A DNA stretch of 64,000 bases from an uncultured Nitrososphaerales archaeon (lineage in GTDB: Archaea; Thermoproteota; Nitrososphaeria; Nitrososphaerales; Nitrososphaeraceae): NCBI GenBank assembly GCA_963713605.1, contig CAVQMO010000001.1, forward strand, positions 768,001-832,000, read 5' to 3'. The stretch's first letter is position 1; each line of letters opens with the position of its first letter. Positions 1-10,799 of the stretch are shown here, one piece after another. Under the pieces are notes generated by a model. It was not told the DNA's origin and ran no database searches. It saw nothing but the letters and a program-made list of their open reading frames with translations. The position numbers were made by a program, and so were the translations under genes.

Positions 1-238
1 TTTTTGAATTGACTAAGGACAGCCCGGATGGACTTGTTGAAGTTAGTGTATAGTTTATTCGCGTATTGTTTTGTAATCCTTCCCCTACAATCCATAAATC
101 CTTTGAAGAGGGTGGACTCAAAAATGAAGGAATAGGCCCCGAAAAGCCGCCTCCGGTAGCCACTATCACCAAACTAACAACAATCCCTAACGTTCCTAGG
201 ATAGCAGTGAGCAGGATAACTCGTCGTACTGGAGACAT
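1..238 (-). CDS. Secreted/membrane-anchored conserved thaumarchaeal protein (partial, runs off window); paralog of the neighbouring gene
   Basis: Manual translation from ATG at 238: MSPVRRVILLTAILGTLGIVVSLVIVATGGGFSGPIPSFLSPPSSKDLWIVGEGLQNNTR...; N-terminal TM helix; WIVGEG motif resembles WFVGKG of 317..1399. Confidence 0.7.
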   Translation of the reverse strand, partial: MSPVRRVILLTAILGTLGIVVSLVIVATGGGFSGPIPSFLSPPSSKDLWIVGEGLQNNTRINYTLTSTSPSGLSLVNSK

Positions 239-316
239 TATCTCTTGCCAAGTACGATTATTCTTAATAGAAAAGAACCAAAAAAAGATTGTGGGGACTG
301 AATTAGATTTCCCTCA

Positions 317-1399
317 TTAGGTTGCTACAACTCTGAAGTCTGAGCTCTCTATGAATTCTCCTGTAGTTACTCCTTCTTCCGAGGTTAAGGTCACCTTCAC
401 TTCATACGGGCCCGGTGAGGGGAAAATTACGCTTTGTAGGCTTGTACCGTCATCGGCTCTTTGGCCCTTTAGATCAGTTGTTATGGTTCCATTCTCTGCG
501 GTTATCGTAAGATCATATGTGACTTGGTTAACGGTTGCCCCAAAACTATCGCTAAAGATTAAGCCAAGCTTCGTTTCCTGGCCTGCAATAATGGGATCTG
601 GTTCCCATATCAACTGAATACTATAGGAACCCCTACCAGTTAGCTGGGTTAACGGCGACTTAGGGGTCTCTATGACGGCCTCGGGTGGTGGAGGTTGACC
701 CTTACCAGTGCTTTGGAGTTCAAATGCAAATAGGACAGGAGGTCTTCCACTAGTCACCCCTGCAAAGGTCTCTGCCTTCACGGGGAACGGTAAATTGGGA
801 TTTACCCAGATATGATTTTTAGCACCATATGTCCAAGATACATCAACCGTGTCAAATGTACCAGCAGGTGTTGTGACCTTGGATGACCCGCCAGGAGAAA
901 TAGGCGAGCCTCCTATAGCTGCTATTTTCCCCCAATTGGGAGCACTAAGGGACTGCCCAGGCTTGGGGACGTAGGATGCCAGCCACTGCAATGAATTAGA
1001 GTAAGCGTTTCTGTATGGGGCCATTTCAGCAGGTATGACTGAGGATCCTAACGCGCTCATGTCCAAATCACTGAGATGGAATGTACCGTTGTACACCTTT
1101 CCTTGATCGACTACGAATACTGGAGCAATCCAATATTTGTTTGCCTCATCGAATTCCTTTAGGTACATTGTCATCAGAAATGGTCTGCCTTGATTGGTGT
1201 CAAGATTCTGAACCTTGTATGTATAATAAGTATCAGGTGCAGCGCCCTTTCCTACAAACCAATTATTACCCTGACCAAAGGCCGGGGTCTGATCGATTGC
1301 ACTGAACAAAAAAATGCTAGATCCCAGAATAATAACAAGGAAACATACTTCCAAGTTAGCTCGGAAGATCCTTGAGGTCTTGGCTAAGTAGTTTTTCAT
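317..1399 (-). CDS. Secreted conserved thaumarchaeal protein with C-terminal Ig-like/YtkA-like domain
   Basis: 360-aa ORF with signal peptide, WFVGKG motif, PPPP linker and beta-rich C-terminal domain (FPSPGPYEVKV). Confidence 0.7.
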   Translation of the reverse strand: MKNYLAKTSRIFRANLEVCFLVIILGSSIFLFSAIDQTPAFGQGNNWFVGKGAAPDTYYTYKVQNLDTNQGRPFLMTMYLKEFDEANKYWIAPVFVVDQGKVYNGTFHLSDLDMSALGSSVIPAEMAPYRNAYSNSLQWLASYVPKPGQSLSAPNWGKIAAIGGSPISPGGSSKVTTPAGTFDTVDVSWTYGAKNHIWVNPNLPFPVKAETFAGVTSGRPPVLFAFELQSTGKGQPPPPEAVIETPKSPLTQLTGRGSYSIQLIWEPDPIIAGQETKLGLIFSDSFGATVNQVTYDLTITAENGTITTDLKGQRADDGTSLQSVIFPSPGPYEVKVTLTSEEGVTTGEFIESSDFRVVAT

Positions 1400-1511
1400 T
1401 AACTGATATGTTCAAAAAGTAACTGATAAATGTTTCAATAACAACCACGCGCCTCAAGTCCAGATTCAAGAGCTAACATAAATATGACTGGTGCACCCTC
1501 ACTTGTGATGT

Positions 1512-1667
1512 ATGTGTAGCTGCCCCAATATCCAATTCTATGAAGTGGAGTTCAAGCTATGGGGGATGCAGGTGGTTCCGACACACAAAAATTGTGGGGA
1601 CCCCCTCACAGATGAACAAGCAACTAAATTCAATAAAGAACTAACCAAAATGTGGAATTTGGAGTAA
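1512..1667 (+). CDS. Small Cys/His-containing hypothetical protein (51 aa, below ORF-track cutoff)
   Basis: Manual translation MCSCPNIQFYEVEFKLWGMQVVPTHKNCGDPLTDEQATKFNKELTKMWNLE*; CSC...HKNC possible metal ligands. Confidence 0.65.
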   Translation: MCSCPNIQFYEVEFKLWGMQVVPTHKNCGDPLTDEQATKFNKELTKMWNLE

Positions 1668-1958
1668 TCCGTCATTTATTTCTCCAGAGTGTATTTTTCA
1701 GTGCGTCTTGGATACAATTCTGTCTTGCCAAGGCGGCAGTAAACCTCTAGACGTTGTATTACGACCAATTCCTACCTTGGCGATTTCAGAGCAATCAGAA
1801 TCTTTGTATCTTGTCACTGGTTTCGGCGTCATAGTCAAATCTAGCCCAGTAAAATTGAACATATGGCAAGATAGAAATATTTTCAACGTTATTCCAGCCG
1901 GAAAACCATACGTCAACTTTATTAAGATCCGGAATGAATTTGGTTTAGGTGATTTTGA

Positions 1959-2213
1959 ATGACCAAGATGCTAACCGTAAATATAGAAACAGATGGCGTT
2001 AATGAAAACGAAGCAAAGGAATGGGTTAACGAGCTTACAAATGTCTATGCGGATATGGAGATTGAAGATGTCAATGTCTCGGGTAACAAGATCTCATTTA
2101 AAGCTGGCTTTTCGGGAATGGACGATACCGACCCAGACGATATCAAGATGAAAATCGACGAGTACCTCACAATGAATGAAGCATTCCAAGCCAAGAACGT
2201 TTCAATAAAGTAA
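1959..2213 (+). CDS. Small acidic conserved hypothetical protein
   Basis: 84-aa ORF with GGTGA SD-like motif upstream and T-rich tract downstream. Confidence 0.75.
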   Translation: MTKMLTVNIETDGVNENEAKEWVNELTNVYADMEIEDVNVSGNKISFKAGFSGMDDTDPDDIKMKIDEYLTMNEAFQAKNVSIK

Positions 2214-2331
2214 GGCACGCGTCATTTCTGTTTATTTTCTTTTTATTTGTCAGATTGTTGTAATTAATAAATCATTAAAAATAGTTACTCTAGTTTAAAT
2301 AATAGTATAAGAGCCTCATATAGGTCAAACG

Positions 2332-2571
2332 ATGACGTGTAAAGGTATCTGCATTAGACATAGGGCACAAAAGCCTGTCGGTTCAGGTCGGTACGTCAGT
2401 GGTCAGAGGCGATGTCAGATTTGCGAAATTTTCATCAAGTGGGAAGGGTTATGGTGTCCTTGTTGTGGATATAGGCTAAGAACTAAACCAAGAAACCTTA
2501 AGTACAAAGCAAAATTGCGTGCCAGAAATAAGAGAGTTGAAATTACTCAACCCGCAATAACCGTTCGGTGA
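2332..2571 (+). CDS. Small basic zinc-finger protein (thaumarchaeal family)
   Basis: CKGIC, CQIC and CPCC motifs with Lys/Arg-rich tail; TTTAAATA TATA-like box upstream. Confidence 0.85.
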   Translation: MTCKGICIRHRAQKPVGSGRYVSGQRRCQICEIFIKWEGLWCPCCGYRLRTKPRNLKYKAKLRARNKRVEITQPAITVR

Positions 2572-3460
2572 GACCTAAGAAGCTGCTTGGTGGCTTTGGT
2601 AAGCTGTGAATTCCATCTTTGAATATGCTCAACGTTCATGCTTAGATCCATTCCAATCTGAATGAGTTTTCCGTATGTATGCAAAAAAGTACTGTCTATC
2701 GACTTTAGAATGTCTGAACAAATTTTCCCTACATAGTAATAACAGTCTGCCGTCATTCCAGATTCGTAAAGAAACTTTATTTTGGCTTCAATTAAGGATC
2801 TATCGTACCTATTCGCAGCGAGTCGAGAACATGAAGGAATCGATCGTTTCAGCAGTGAACCCGTTGCTCTCTCTACCCCAATAATTTCTAGAGCTAATGA
2901 AAGGCTCTCAGATTCGAACTGATTTGGTTCCAAAGCCCTTCGGATTAATTCTAGCTGATGCAACGGAGATCCAGGTAATCCGGAAAAAAAGACAAGACTC
3001 TGCATAATTTCATAGGCGGAAATCTTAAGTAGCATCGATGAAATGATGGGAAATTTCTGTGACATCCTCTCGATTTCAGTGTATCTCATTAAGCAAGAGA
3101 TGAGTAACTTTCTAGCAATCGCTGATTTGCTGCTAGTTCGCCTTGCATCATTCATGACGGTATTTCTTATTGAATGTAGCTCGAGGTTATCCATATCATT
3201 TAGCACGATTCCTTCAACGCTATCTGGTACTATTTTCATTAACTTAGATTTCAAAGGAATGTAGATAGCTCCGTCCAATATGAACCAAGTTTCATTACCT
3301 CATGCGGTCGATTACCCTTCGATAAAACCATAATATCATACTCACAACAGGGCTTTGACATTCCTAGGCCCATCGCTCTACAACCAATGAGCAAGGCTGG
3401 CGCCCTTAGGATTTCAATGACGTAAGTCGAAATGGCTGGTGGAATGTGGATGTCTTCCAA
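2547..3460 (-). CDS. Hypothetical protein, possible degenerate nucleotidyltransferase fold (split by frameshift near 3260-3280)
   Basis: Two overlapping same-strand ORFs; N-terminal LIGCRA..x..CEYDIMVL resembles the NTase hG[GS]x..Dh[DE]h motif. Confidence 0.55.
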
Positions 3461-3615
3461 TAAATCAAGTTCATCTGGGGACTACCAAATATAATGCAAT
3501 CCATTTAAGTGACAGTCTCTTTCATCCTAACTAATTCACTGAGGAACTATCTGAGGTATGTATTATGATGTTTTGAACGCAATTTTTATATGATGAATAG
3601 CATGCAATGTGTTGA

Positions 3616-3722
3616 GCTCCGGTGGTGTAGTCCGGTTAAGCATTTCGCCCTCTCAAGGCGGAGATCCCGGGTTCAAACGGATCGCGGTCAAAGCCGCAGC
3701 GGAACAAATCCCGGCCGGAGCA
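3616..3722 (+). tRNA. tRNA-Glu(CTC) with 31-nt non-canonical intron in the T-loop (58/59; 3677..3707)
   Basis: Acceptor GCTCCGG/CCGGAGC, anticodon arm TCGCC-CTCTCAA-GGCGG; BHB motif GTTC-AAA / GAAC-AAA; splicing restores GTTCAAATCCCGG. Confidence 0.93.
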
Positions 3723-3967
3723 TTAAATATGGATGTCTCTTCAGGATTCAGTAGTCCGGTCATTCTCTTCATCTTTTCTGACTGATTTGCCAGAATAATA
3801 GGGGGACTATCTTACTCTTCATCATCCGGTACGATTAGCAGAATTGGAAGATAGAATTCTTCGCTCATAAATATAATCCATTTGGACAGGCAAAACCAAG
3901 AGTGTCATTCTTTCAGTATTATCTTGATTAAAGGCACAATAAATATTGTTTCTTATTCATCATAAGG

Positions 3968-4156
3968 CTACACTTCAAAAATGGAAGTATCGTCGGTTAT
4001 TAACGCACTATGATAGGCCGCGTTACATATCGGACACATTGAGTGTACACTGATGCATTCGATGCAAAAATCACCAGCCTGTAGATATTCATAGTCATCA
4101 CCCGTGTAGAAACAGCTCTCACACACTCTTTTCAATATCATTCCGATCAGTTCCAA
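3968..4156 (-). CDS. Small zinc-ribbon protein
   Basis: CESC, CIEC, H-x2-CPIC motifs in about 60 aa. Confidence 0.65.
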   Translation of the reverse strand: MELIGMILKRVCESCFYTGDDYEYLQAGDFCIECISVHSMCPICNAAYHSALITDDTSIFEV

Positions 4157-4815
4157 CTCTTATTTAATGGTTCTCGATATACTGCAAACAGAAAGGACCG
4201 GATTTAATCAAGTACCTACTTTGTAGTAATTCTCTTACATCAAATGACTCAGAATAATATATTGCAACTGAAAAATATGAAGCATGTGATCCTTCTACAT
4301 TTTAACAATGACTTCTCCAAGATTATACCTCAATTTAGCCAGGGGTAATTAAGCTTATCAGAAATATCCAATGCAATTACAGCATTCAATGATAAGCCCT
4401 TCATGGATCACAACCCCTCCTACAGAAGAACCCACCCACCTTTAACACATATTATCAAATTGATTCCTTAAACATAGACTCTTTTCAGAATAGGAAATAA
4501 TCGATTTTCTTAATAGGTCTTGACCTATCGATTAGCAGTTGTAGATGCAATTGTCATCACATCCATTTTTTCAAGACAGAGGGTAAAGATGTTCTCTCAA
4601 TTGCCATTATCACTAGTCAGTCTTGTTGTTACCGAATGGCCACTTCTTATGTGAGTGTTGTGATGTAACCTTGTCAGTTCAGTAACCTTAAGATCTGAGA
4701 AATAATCAGCGTTGTAGCGAGCTAGAATGGTACTACAGTCATGACAGAATACTTCTTTGAATCCCATCTATGCAATATAATAACATAAGATTCATTTAAA
4801 TGATGGTTCTTATCG

Positions 4816-5436
4816 TTATTGTGAGCGTTTGAAGGGCCTACTGCTGATTTCACTTGCTTGACGAAATTTGTTGTCCCTTAGGAGAAACTTCGAGGTTTTA
4901 TAGTAGATCACCTCTCCTCTTCGCTCAATAACAGCTAGAACAGAATCCTTTCCCATCTTGGAAGTCTGATCGATCAAATCATAAAGATCTTCTATCTTTA
5001 AGTTAATCCCTTCGTTCAGTGCATACACCAAATATTTTGAAGGTTTTTTCTGATATTCTCCCCTTTCATATACTCTAAAGTCAATTCCAAAGCCAAATCC
5101 ATCCTTCACAACATAACCCCGACTTCGCAAGTCGCGGTAAACTAGAAATCTTGTAAGTACACTAGGATCGTGCCTTAACATTAGCTTTATCAACTGCTCA
5201 AATCCGATGTTAACGTCTTCATTATTTTTTATAATTAACCTATTTGTAAATGCCAAGTATAGAGCCTCACAATAGCTAAGAGTGTATTCCGAATCCTCGC
5301 TCTCGCCGAATCCTTTTGACCTTAGCTGATCTTGGAATTTCGTTTCGGTTACCGATATCTTGGTCTCTCCGGATGGTATAATTGCCTCAATTAAGTATGA
5401 TATATCGAGGTCTGAGCCCTCAATATCAGCGGACAT
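4816..5436 (-). CDS. endA: tRNA-splicing endonuclease subunit, probably structural beta subunit of (alpha-beta)2 EndA
   Basis: LSYCEALYL, FLVYRDLRSRGYVVKDG, DFRVY and ERRGEVIYY motifs; catalytic Tyr and His positions substituted. Confidence 0.85.
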   Translation of the reverse strand: MSADIEGSDLDISYLIEAIIPSGETKISVTETKFQDQLRSKGFGESEDSEYTLSYCEALYLAFTNRLIIKNNEDVNIGFEQLIKLMLRHDPSVLTRFLVYRDLRSRGYVVKDGFGFGIDFRVYERGEYQKKPSKYLVYALNEGINLKIEDLYDLIDQTSKMGKDSVLAVIERRGEVIYYKTSKFLLRDNKFRQASEISSRPFKRSQ

Positions 5437-5488
5437 AACGAATAAATCGGAGCTTGTCCACATTTAAGCATTAAAAAACAGGTGCATT

Positions 5489-6007
5489 TTGTTGAAGGGT
5501 AGTAATTATAGAGAAATTCGTGGTATGCCATACGTAAGAAAGGAATACATTAGAGGCAAGCCTCAGTTGAAGATTGCTAGGTTCTCGTCTGGAGAATTTA
5601 GGGATGATTATGATTACAAGATTGAGCTCGTGGTAGAGGAAAGGCGCCAAATCAGGCATAACGCATTGGAGGCAGCAAGACTCGGTGCTAACAAGACGTT
5701 GGCATCTGCAGGTGAGACGAGTTTCTTCTCAAGCATTAGGGTATTCCCTCACGTTATTCTGCGTGAAAATAAAATGATTGCAACGGCAGGAGCCGATCGA
5801 TTACAAGAGGGAATGAGGAGAGCTTTTGGCAAGGCGACAGGTCTGGCTGCTAGGGTTTATCCAGGAGACACCATTTATGAGGCATACGTGAGTGCTGAAA
5901 ACCTCCAACTTGCTAAGCAAGCACTAAAAGTAGCTGCCGGTAAGCTCGGATGTTTGACGGCAACAAAATTGACTCAGCTTCGCCAAAATCAACCAAAGGA
6001 AGAATAG
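5489..6007 (+). CDS. rpl10e: 50S ribosomal protein uL16 (L10e)
   Basis: QIRHNALEAAR, FPHVILRENKM, GADRLQEGMRRAFGK. Confidence 0.97.
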   Translation: MLKGSNYREIRGMPYVRKEYIRGKPQLKIARFSSGEFRDDYDYKIELVVEERRQIRHNALEAARLGANKTLASAGETSFFSSIRVFPHVILRENKMIATAGADRLQEGMRRAFGKATGLAARVYPGDTIYEAYVSAENLQLAKQALKVAAGKLGCLTATKLTQLRQNQPKEE

Positions 6008-6371
6008 AAAACTACTCGTATTGTGAACTATTTAGAGTACCTTGGCATGCACTGGATGATGGATACATGCCATGTAGATTGGCTGCGAAATTCTACATGT
6101 GATTCTAATCGTCTTGTACAATAATTAATTATTTTGAATAGTCGTGAATGGTGGAATATGGTTAAAAAATTTTTTGCTGATTTCAGAAGCCGAGACTGGG
6201 TCCATTTCACTCCAAAATTTGACCCTCGATTGCTCATTCAGAACAACTATTTGAATAAGAGCATGACAGATGCATTAATTCCTGGACTGTTTATTATGAG
6301 ATGTAACTTTGCTGGATTGTTGTGTTTGTGTGACTACCCATTAAGGGTTCAGAAATAAAATACCTCCGAAT

Positions 6372-8040
6372 TTATGTTGGTATATTTACTTGAACTGCTC
6401 GAAGTACTGAGGCGTCACTTGTTTCTGCTCCTACCATAAGCGTGTAATTCCCTGACTCTACTTCTAGTGTTGGCGCTATTATGAGGCTTATTTGCTTAGT
6501 TTGTCCTGGTTGTAATCTGACAGAGTTCTCACTAAAAAGCCCTGAGACATTACCCAAATTACCTGTCGTGGTAAAGGACCCTGCTGCCTAACATGTCTGC
6601 CGTCAAACTAGCATTACTGTTTGAAGTAACGTTTATTCTAACCTCCTCATTACCGCCCCTTTGCAGGGTAAAATTGTTAGGCAAAACAGAAATAGATATG
6701 GGTAAAAGTCTGTCCGTCAGCACCCTGCCAATTTTATTTTCAGACCATTCTGAAAACCATACTTCATTATTTTTGCCCACATCAAACTGCAAAGCATTAC
6801 TTATACCGCATTGACTGACCTCATCTTGGCATGGTCCCCAAAGTTTGTTTTGGGAAGGAATCCAATATTCAGTGAGCGTCATGTTGTTGGGGTTAAAGCT
6901 TGACATTTTGTTTCCGGTATGTTGGTTGAACCATATTGTACCGTTTTCGCCTGTTTTTATCCAATATGGCAAAGTATAGGCCGCGGCTATGGCTTTGCTT
7001 TGTCCTAGTGTTCTTGGAGACACGGTAGATGTTGTAAACTTCGTAATGTCTCCAGATGCAGGATCTAGCCGATAGAAAATACTAGTCCCATGGTCAGTAA
7101 CCCACAAATTATCATTGAGATCAAGTGTTAATCCTACTGGAGAGGTAATATCGTCTGGCATTTCGTAAGAAGTAAAGGTATTATTCTTTAAATCATATCC
7201 TAAGATCTGTCCTTTCGTGTTGAAAGCAAGTAAAGAAATGAACAACCTGTCGTTACCCTCGTCCAAGACAATGGATCCAGTGCTTACTAGATCTGGATCT
7301 ACTCCTTTAAACGAGTCAAGCGGAATCCCTATGCGTTCTATTCCTTCCGCAGTACCGTTCCTCATCTGAGAAATGTTACCTATCCATATCGAAGGAGATC
7401 TTATTCCAACAAAGTAAATATTGCTACCATTTTTATCTATCTCCATGGAGACCGGATAGGTCGTTCCGAATGCCTCTGATTTCTCCGGTACCATAAACAT
7501 TTCAAAGGATCCTGTCTCATTTGAAAATCTCCATAACGCATTTTGTTTTTCATCAGTAAACCAGATATTCCCTTTATTGTCAATGTCAAAATCCCAAACC
7601 TGCGAGGACATTGTGGGATTCTCCCTAGAAGGCCAGCTCGGAATTTTATATTCTTCTCCAAATGTATTGGTAATCTTATCATACCTTCCCAACGTGCCAT
7701 TCTTTGTAGATATGTACCAAATATTTTGGTTCTGAGAATCCACACCAATGGCCAAGGGCATCTCACAAAGGGCTGGAAGAGGGTATTCAATAACAAGGTA
7801 GCTAGAATTGGGATGTGAATTTAGCCCACAGAATTGGGCGTTGAATTTTTCTACTGCGTCGGCTTTAGACCCTGAGACGAGTTCGGACACATCCTTGTTA
7901 GCCTCTTGGGATGGACCTGAACTGATATTGGAGGAATATACTAATGAAATACCCACAATTGCAATAATGGCTAGAACAACGAAAACGACTATTTTCTTTT
8001 TTTGAAAATGTTTCGACTTGCTCCCCCTTTTTTCTACCAA
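6372..8040 (-). CDS. Membrane-anchored Vgb (virginiamycin B lyase)-like beta-propeller protein with C-terminal Ig-like domain (frameshift near 6570)
   Basis: N-terminal TM helix; repeated GNIWFTD/DNLWVTD/GTIWFNQH/NEVWFSE blades; 6372..6557 continues the C-terminal domain. Confidence 0.8.
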
Positions 8041-8492
8041 TTACTCTTCAAGAGCAACTTTTGCTCCCATATAAATTCTTAAGACCAAATGAACTGTTTA
8101 GAATTTTGAGGGTTTAGATAGTCTTATAGTCCTTGTCCATTCCCACCATAATAAAATTGATGTCCAAACCCGTTTCTTAGAGATCAGATCAGTTCTGAAA
8201 CGATTTTAACCTGCGTTCAAAAATGTTTGGTCCGTATTCGTGATTCTGGCAAGGGAAATTCCATAAAATGAATCGCTAACTGACGAAAAAACTAAACAAC
8301 TGACGAAACAATTTAGTGATCATGCCCTGCTATTGAATCCAGCACTAACTGAATGATCATTGCAACTAAGATTGGCGTCAAGATCTGGCTCTGCCATGAT
8401 CCTAAGTAGCCTTTCAGATGGATCTGTGAAAATTTGAACAGCTGGAAAGGCACTAATAACAGGTCGTACCACATTCCTCCTGAAATCGTAAA

Positions 8493-9059
8493 ATGCCTAA
8501 ACGGAAGGTAAAAGAGGAGAAACCAAGAAAAAGACTAGGTAAAAAAGAATTACTCATACCGCCAGCGGCCATGGGGGCATCTCTGCTTGTGACCTTGGTA
8601 ATAATTCCTCTATTTGCACCCCCTCCAACCCCTCTTGAAGTCTGTCTAAAAGGGCATAACGTAGACACGTTCAGCATACATCCTACTGTAGAAGTATCAG
8701 TTAATGGTGAACCAAAATTACTTCCTGCTGGGATAGGAAATGATACCGTGGATGGTAAAGAGTGTCTCAAAACCATCCATACTGACACTCAAGGCAACAC
8801 AATTCACATTGAGTATGTCAGACCAATTAGGCTTACTTTGGGTGATTTTATGAAAATCTATTCGCCAGACAATTCGACCATTCCGATAATAGATAATTCA
8901 ACAGGGTCGTTCTCAGAACAGCGTCTTAATCTCAGTGATTATGAAATTTCTTATTCGTACTACTCAGAAAATAATGAATTTACAAATGTCAAGAATGGTA
9001 GTGACGTGCCGCCGTTTAGAGACAACATGGTAAGCCGGATCGAACTTAATTCAAAATAA
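8493..9059 (+). CDS. Membrane-anchored exported protein with His/Cys motifs
   Basis: Basic N-terminus plus TM helix; CLKGH..SIHP..PAGIG..CLKTIHTD..IHIE pattern. Confidence 0.7.
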   Translation: MPKRKVKEEKPRKRLGKKELLIPPAAMGASLLVTLVIIPLFAPPPTPLEVCLKGHNVDTFSIHPTVEVSVNGEPKLLPAGIGNDTVDGKECLKTIHTDTQGNTIHIEYVRPIRLTLGDFMKIYSPDNSTIPIIDNSTGSFSEQRLNLSDYEISYSYYSENNEFTNVKNGSDVPPFRDNMVSRIELNSK

Positions 9060-9096
9060 ATATAATACTGGAACAATTCTTTCTGATCTAACCTCT

Positions 9097-10123
9097 TTGA
9101 CACGCAAGACAGCTGTTGTGATAAAAGGTGATGGAACCGGCCCAGAGCTCGTTGAAGCTGTCTTAAATGTATTAAAATCATGTAACTCACAGGTTGAATT
9201 CGTGATTTGCGACGCAGGTTCTGATTGGTGGATGAAGGCAGGTGGCAATTCATACATTTCGGATGAAGTATGGAACCTTCTCGCACAAAGTGATGCGTGC
9301 TTTAAAGGCCCGACTACCACTGTTCCAACACTTGAGGCTCCTCGCAGTGTAGCAGTTAGCATAAGACAAAGATTTGAACTTTATGCAAATGTGAGGCCGA
9401 TCAAGACATACAGGCAGTCAGAGCGAAAGCTTGACTTCCTATGTGTTAGAGAGGCTACAGAAGGTCTCTATGCAGGGATAGAGTTCAGAACTAGTGAGGA
9501 TTCCGCGATTGCAGTAAGGAAGACAACAAGAAAAGGATGTGAGCGAGTGGCTCTTAAGGCTTTTGAGTTAGCCAAAGAACGACACTATCGAAAGTTAGTA
9601 GCGGTGACGAAACGGAATATCTTGAAAGTAACGGATGGAATATTTTGGAATTCTGTTGAAAAAATCAGTCATCAGTTCCAAGGTATTGGGGTAGAAGAGT
9701 ATTATGTGGACAACATGACTCAGCAGCTTGTAAAAAATCCTGAACGATTCAATCAAAACTGTACTTTTGAGTACAAATTTATTTATGGATATCATTTCAG
9801 AGTGTGCTTCAGGTCACGTAGGTTCGATTGGTAGCGTTTATTCTGGAAATTTCGGAGAGAGTTACGCAATGTTTGAGCCTGCGCATGGGAGTGCACCGAA
9901 ATATTCTGGAATGGATAAAGTGAATCCTGTAGCTTCTATCCTTTCAGGCGCCTGGTTAGTAAGATATCTAGGTGAAACGGATATCTCTAGCGCAATTTTT
10001 GAGGCAACTGAAAAAATAATTGCAGACGGAAAGTATGTAACATATGACCTTGGGGGGGAGTCATCTCTATCCCGCATGACCGCTGAAATTTCCCAGAAAT
10101 CATCTAATCTGCTGCGGAAATGA
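9097..10123 (+). CDS. Isocitrate/isopropylmalate dehydrogenase family protein (frameshift near 9760)
   Basis: GDGTGPE, KGPTTT, LYANVRP, TNLFMDIISE, FEPAHGSAP, TYDLGG. Confidence 0.9.
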
Positions 10124-10157
10124 GATCATTTCTTTATATTGGCCTATTATGAACTAG

Positions 10158-10760
10158 TTAGTGAAAAATCCGAATCTCCTCTACTAAAAGAGATTCGAAG
10201 AACAGCTTTTTCTTTGAAATTGTTCTTCTGGAAAGCCCCAAAGATGCTACTTCGCCATAAAATTGAGGCAAGTTAGATAGACTTGATAAGAGAATCAAAA
10301 TTGCACCGTGCCGGCTCAAGAGATTAATTGCAGATTTGATGAATTCTATCGCCAATTCTGAACCTATTATTCCCCCGTAAATGGTCGTGTCGCAAGTATC
10401 ATTATCATCGAATGGAAGATATGGCGGGTTGCTGACAATAAGGTCGTATTTCTGAGAGGATGCAAGAGCATTCGCAGCATCACAGCATACCAAATCTGCT
10501 TCTGTAATGTTAGATTGATTGCATAATGTCAAGGCATCAAGATCAATATCCGTTCCAACAACTACGGAAAATCTTTTGCAAAGCTCTTTAAGAATAATCC
10601 CTGACCCAACACCAATTTCTAATGCCGTCTTCCCCCGATATCCTGCCAACGAGTCGAGCAAAAGGTAAGTGTCGTCAGACGGCTGGTAATTGAGAATCTT
10701 ACGAATCATATTGCGGTTCGATTCGATGTCTGAATTATCGTATGATAAAACCGGTTTCAT
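10158..10760 (-). CDS. HemK2/Mtq2-type release factor glutamine methyltransferase
   Basis: YQPSDDTYLL, LEIGVGSG, NPPY. Confidence 0.88.
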   Translation of the reverse strand: MKPVLSYDNSDIESNRNMIRKILNYQPSDDTYLLLDSLAGYRGKTALEIGVGSGIILKELCKRFSVVVGTDIDLDALTLCNQSNITEADLVCCDAANALASSQKYDLIVSNPPYLPFDDNDTCDTTIYGGIIGSELAIEFIKSAINLLSRHGAILILLSSLSNLPQFYGEVASLGLSRRTISKKKLFFESLLVEEIRIFH

Positions 10761-10799
10761 TCCATTTTTGTGTCAAGCTATTTGAGGTCAAGTCTAGCT

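Noticed and set aside
1698..1962. ORFs 1708..1962 (+) and 1698..1916 (-)
   Set aside because: No recognisable features and mutually overlapping; not supportable as genes.
4157..4815. Long spacer near tRNA-Glu as an integrated-element remnant (contains the palindrome ATAGGTC-TT-GACCTAT at 4513-4528)
   Set aside because: No integrase or transposase fragment and no duplicated tRNA 3' end found.
5489..6007. uL16 as the YcaO substrate (by analogy to the E. coli uL16 thioamide)
   Set aside because: It lies 37 kb away with no linkage; nothing in this sequence supports it.
6028..6358. Two short overlapping ORFs downstream of rpl10e
   Set aside because: No motifs and atypical composition; likely spurious.
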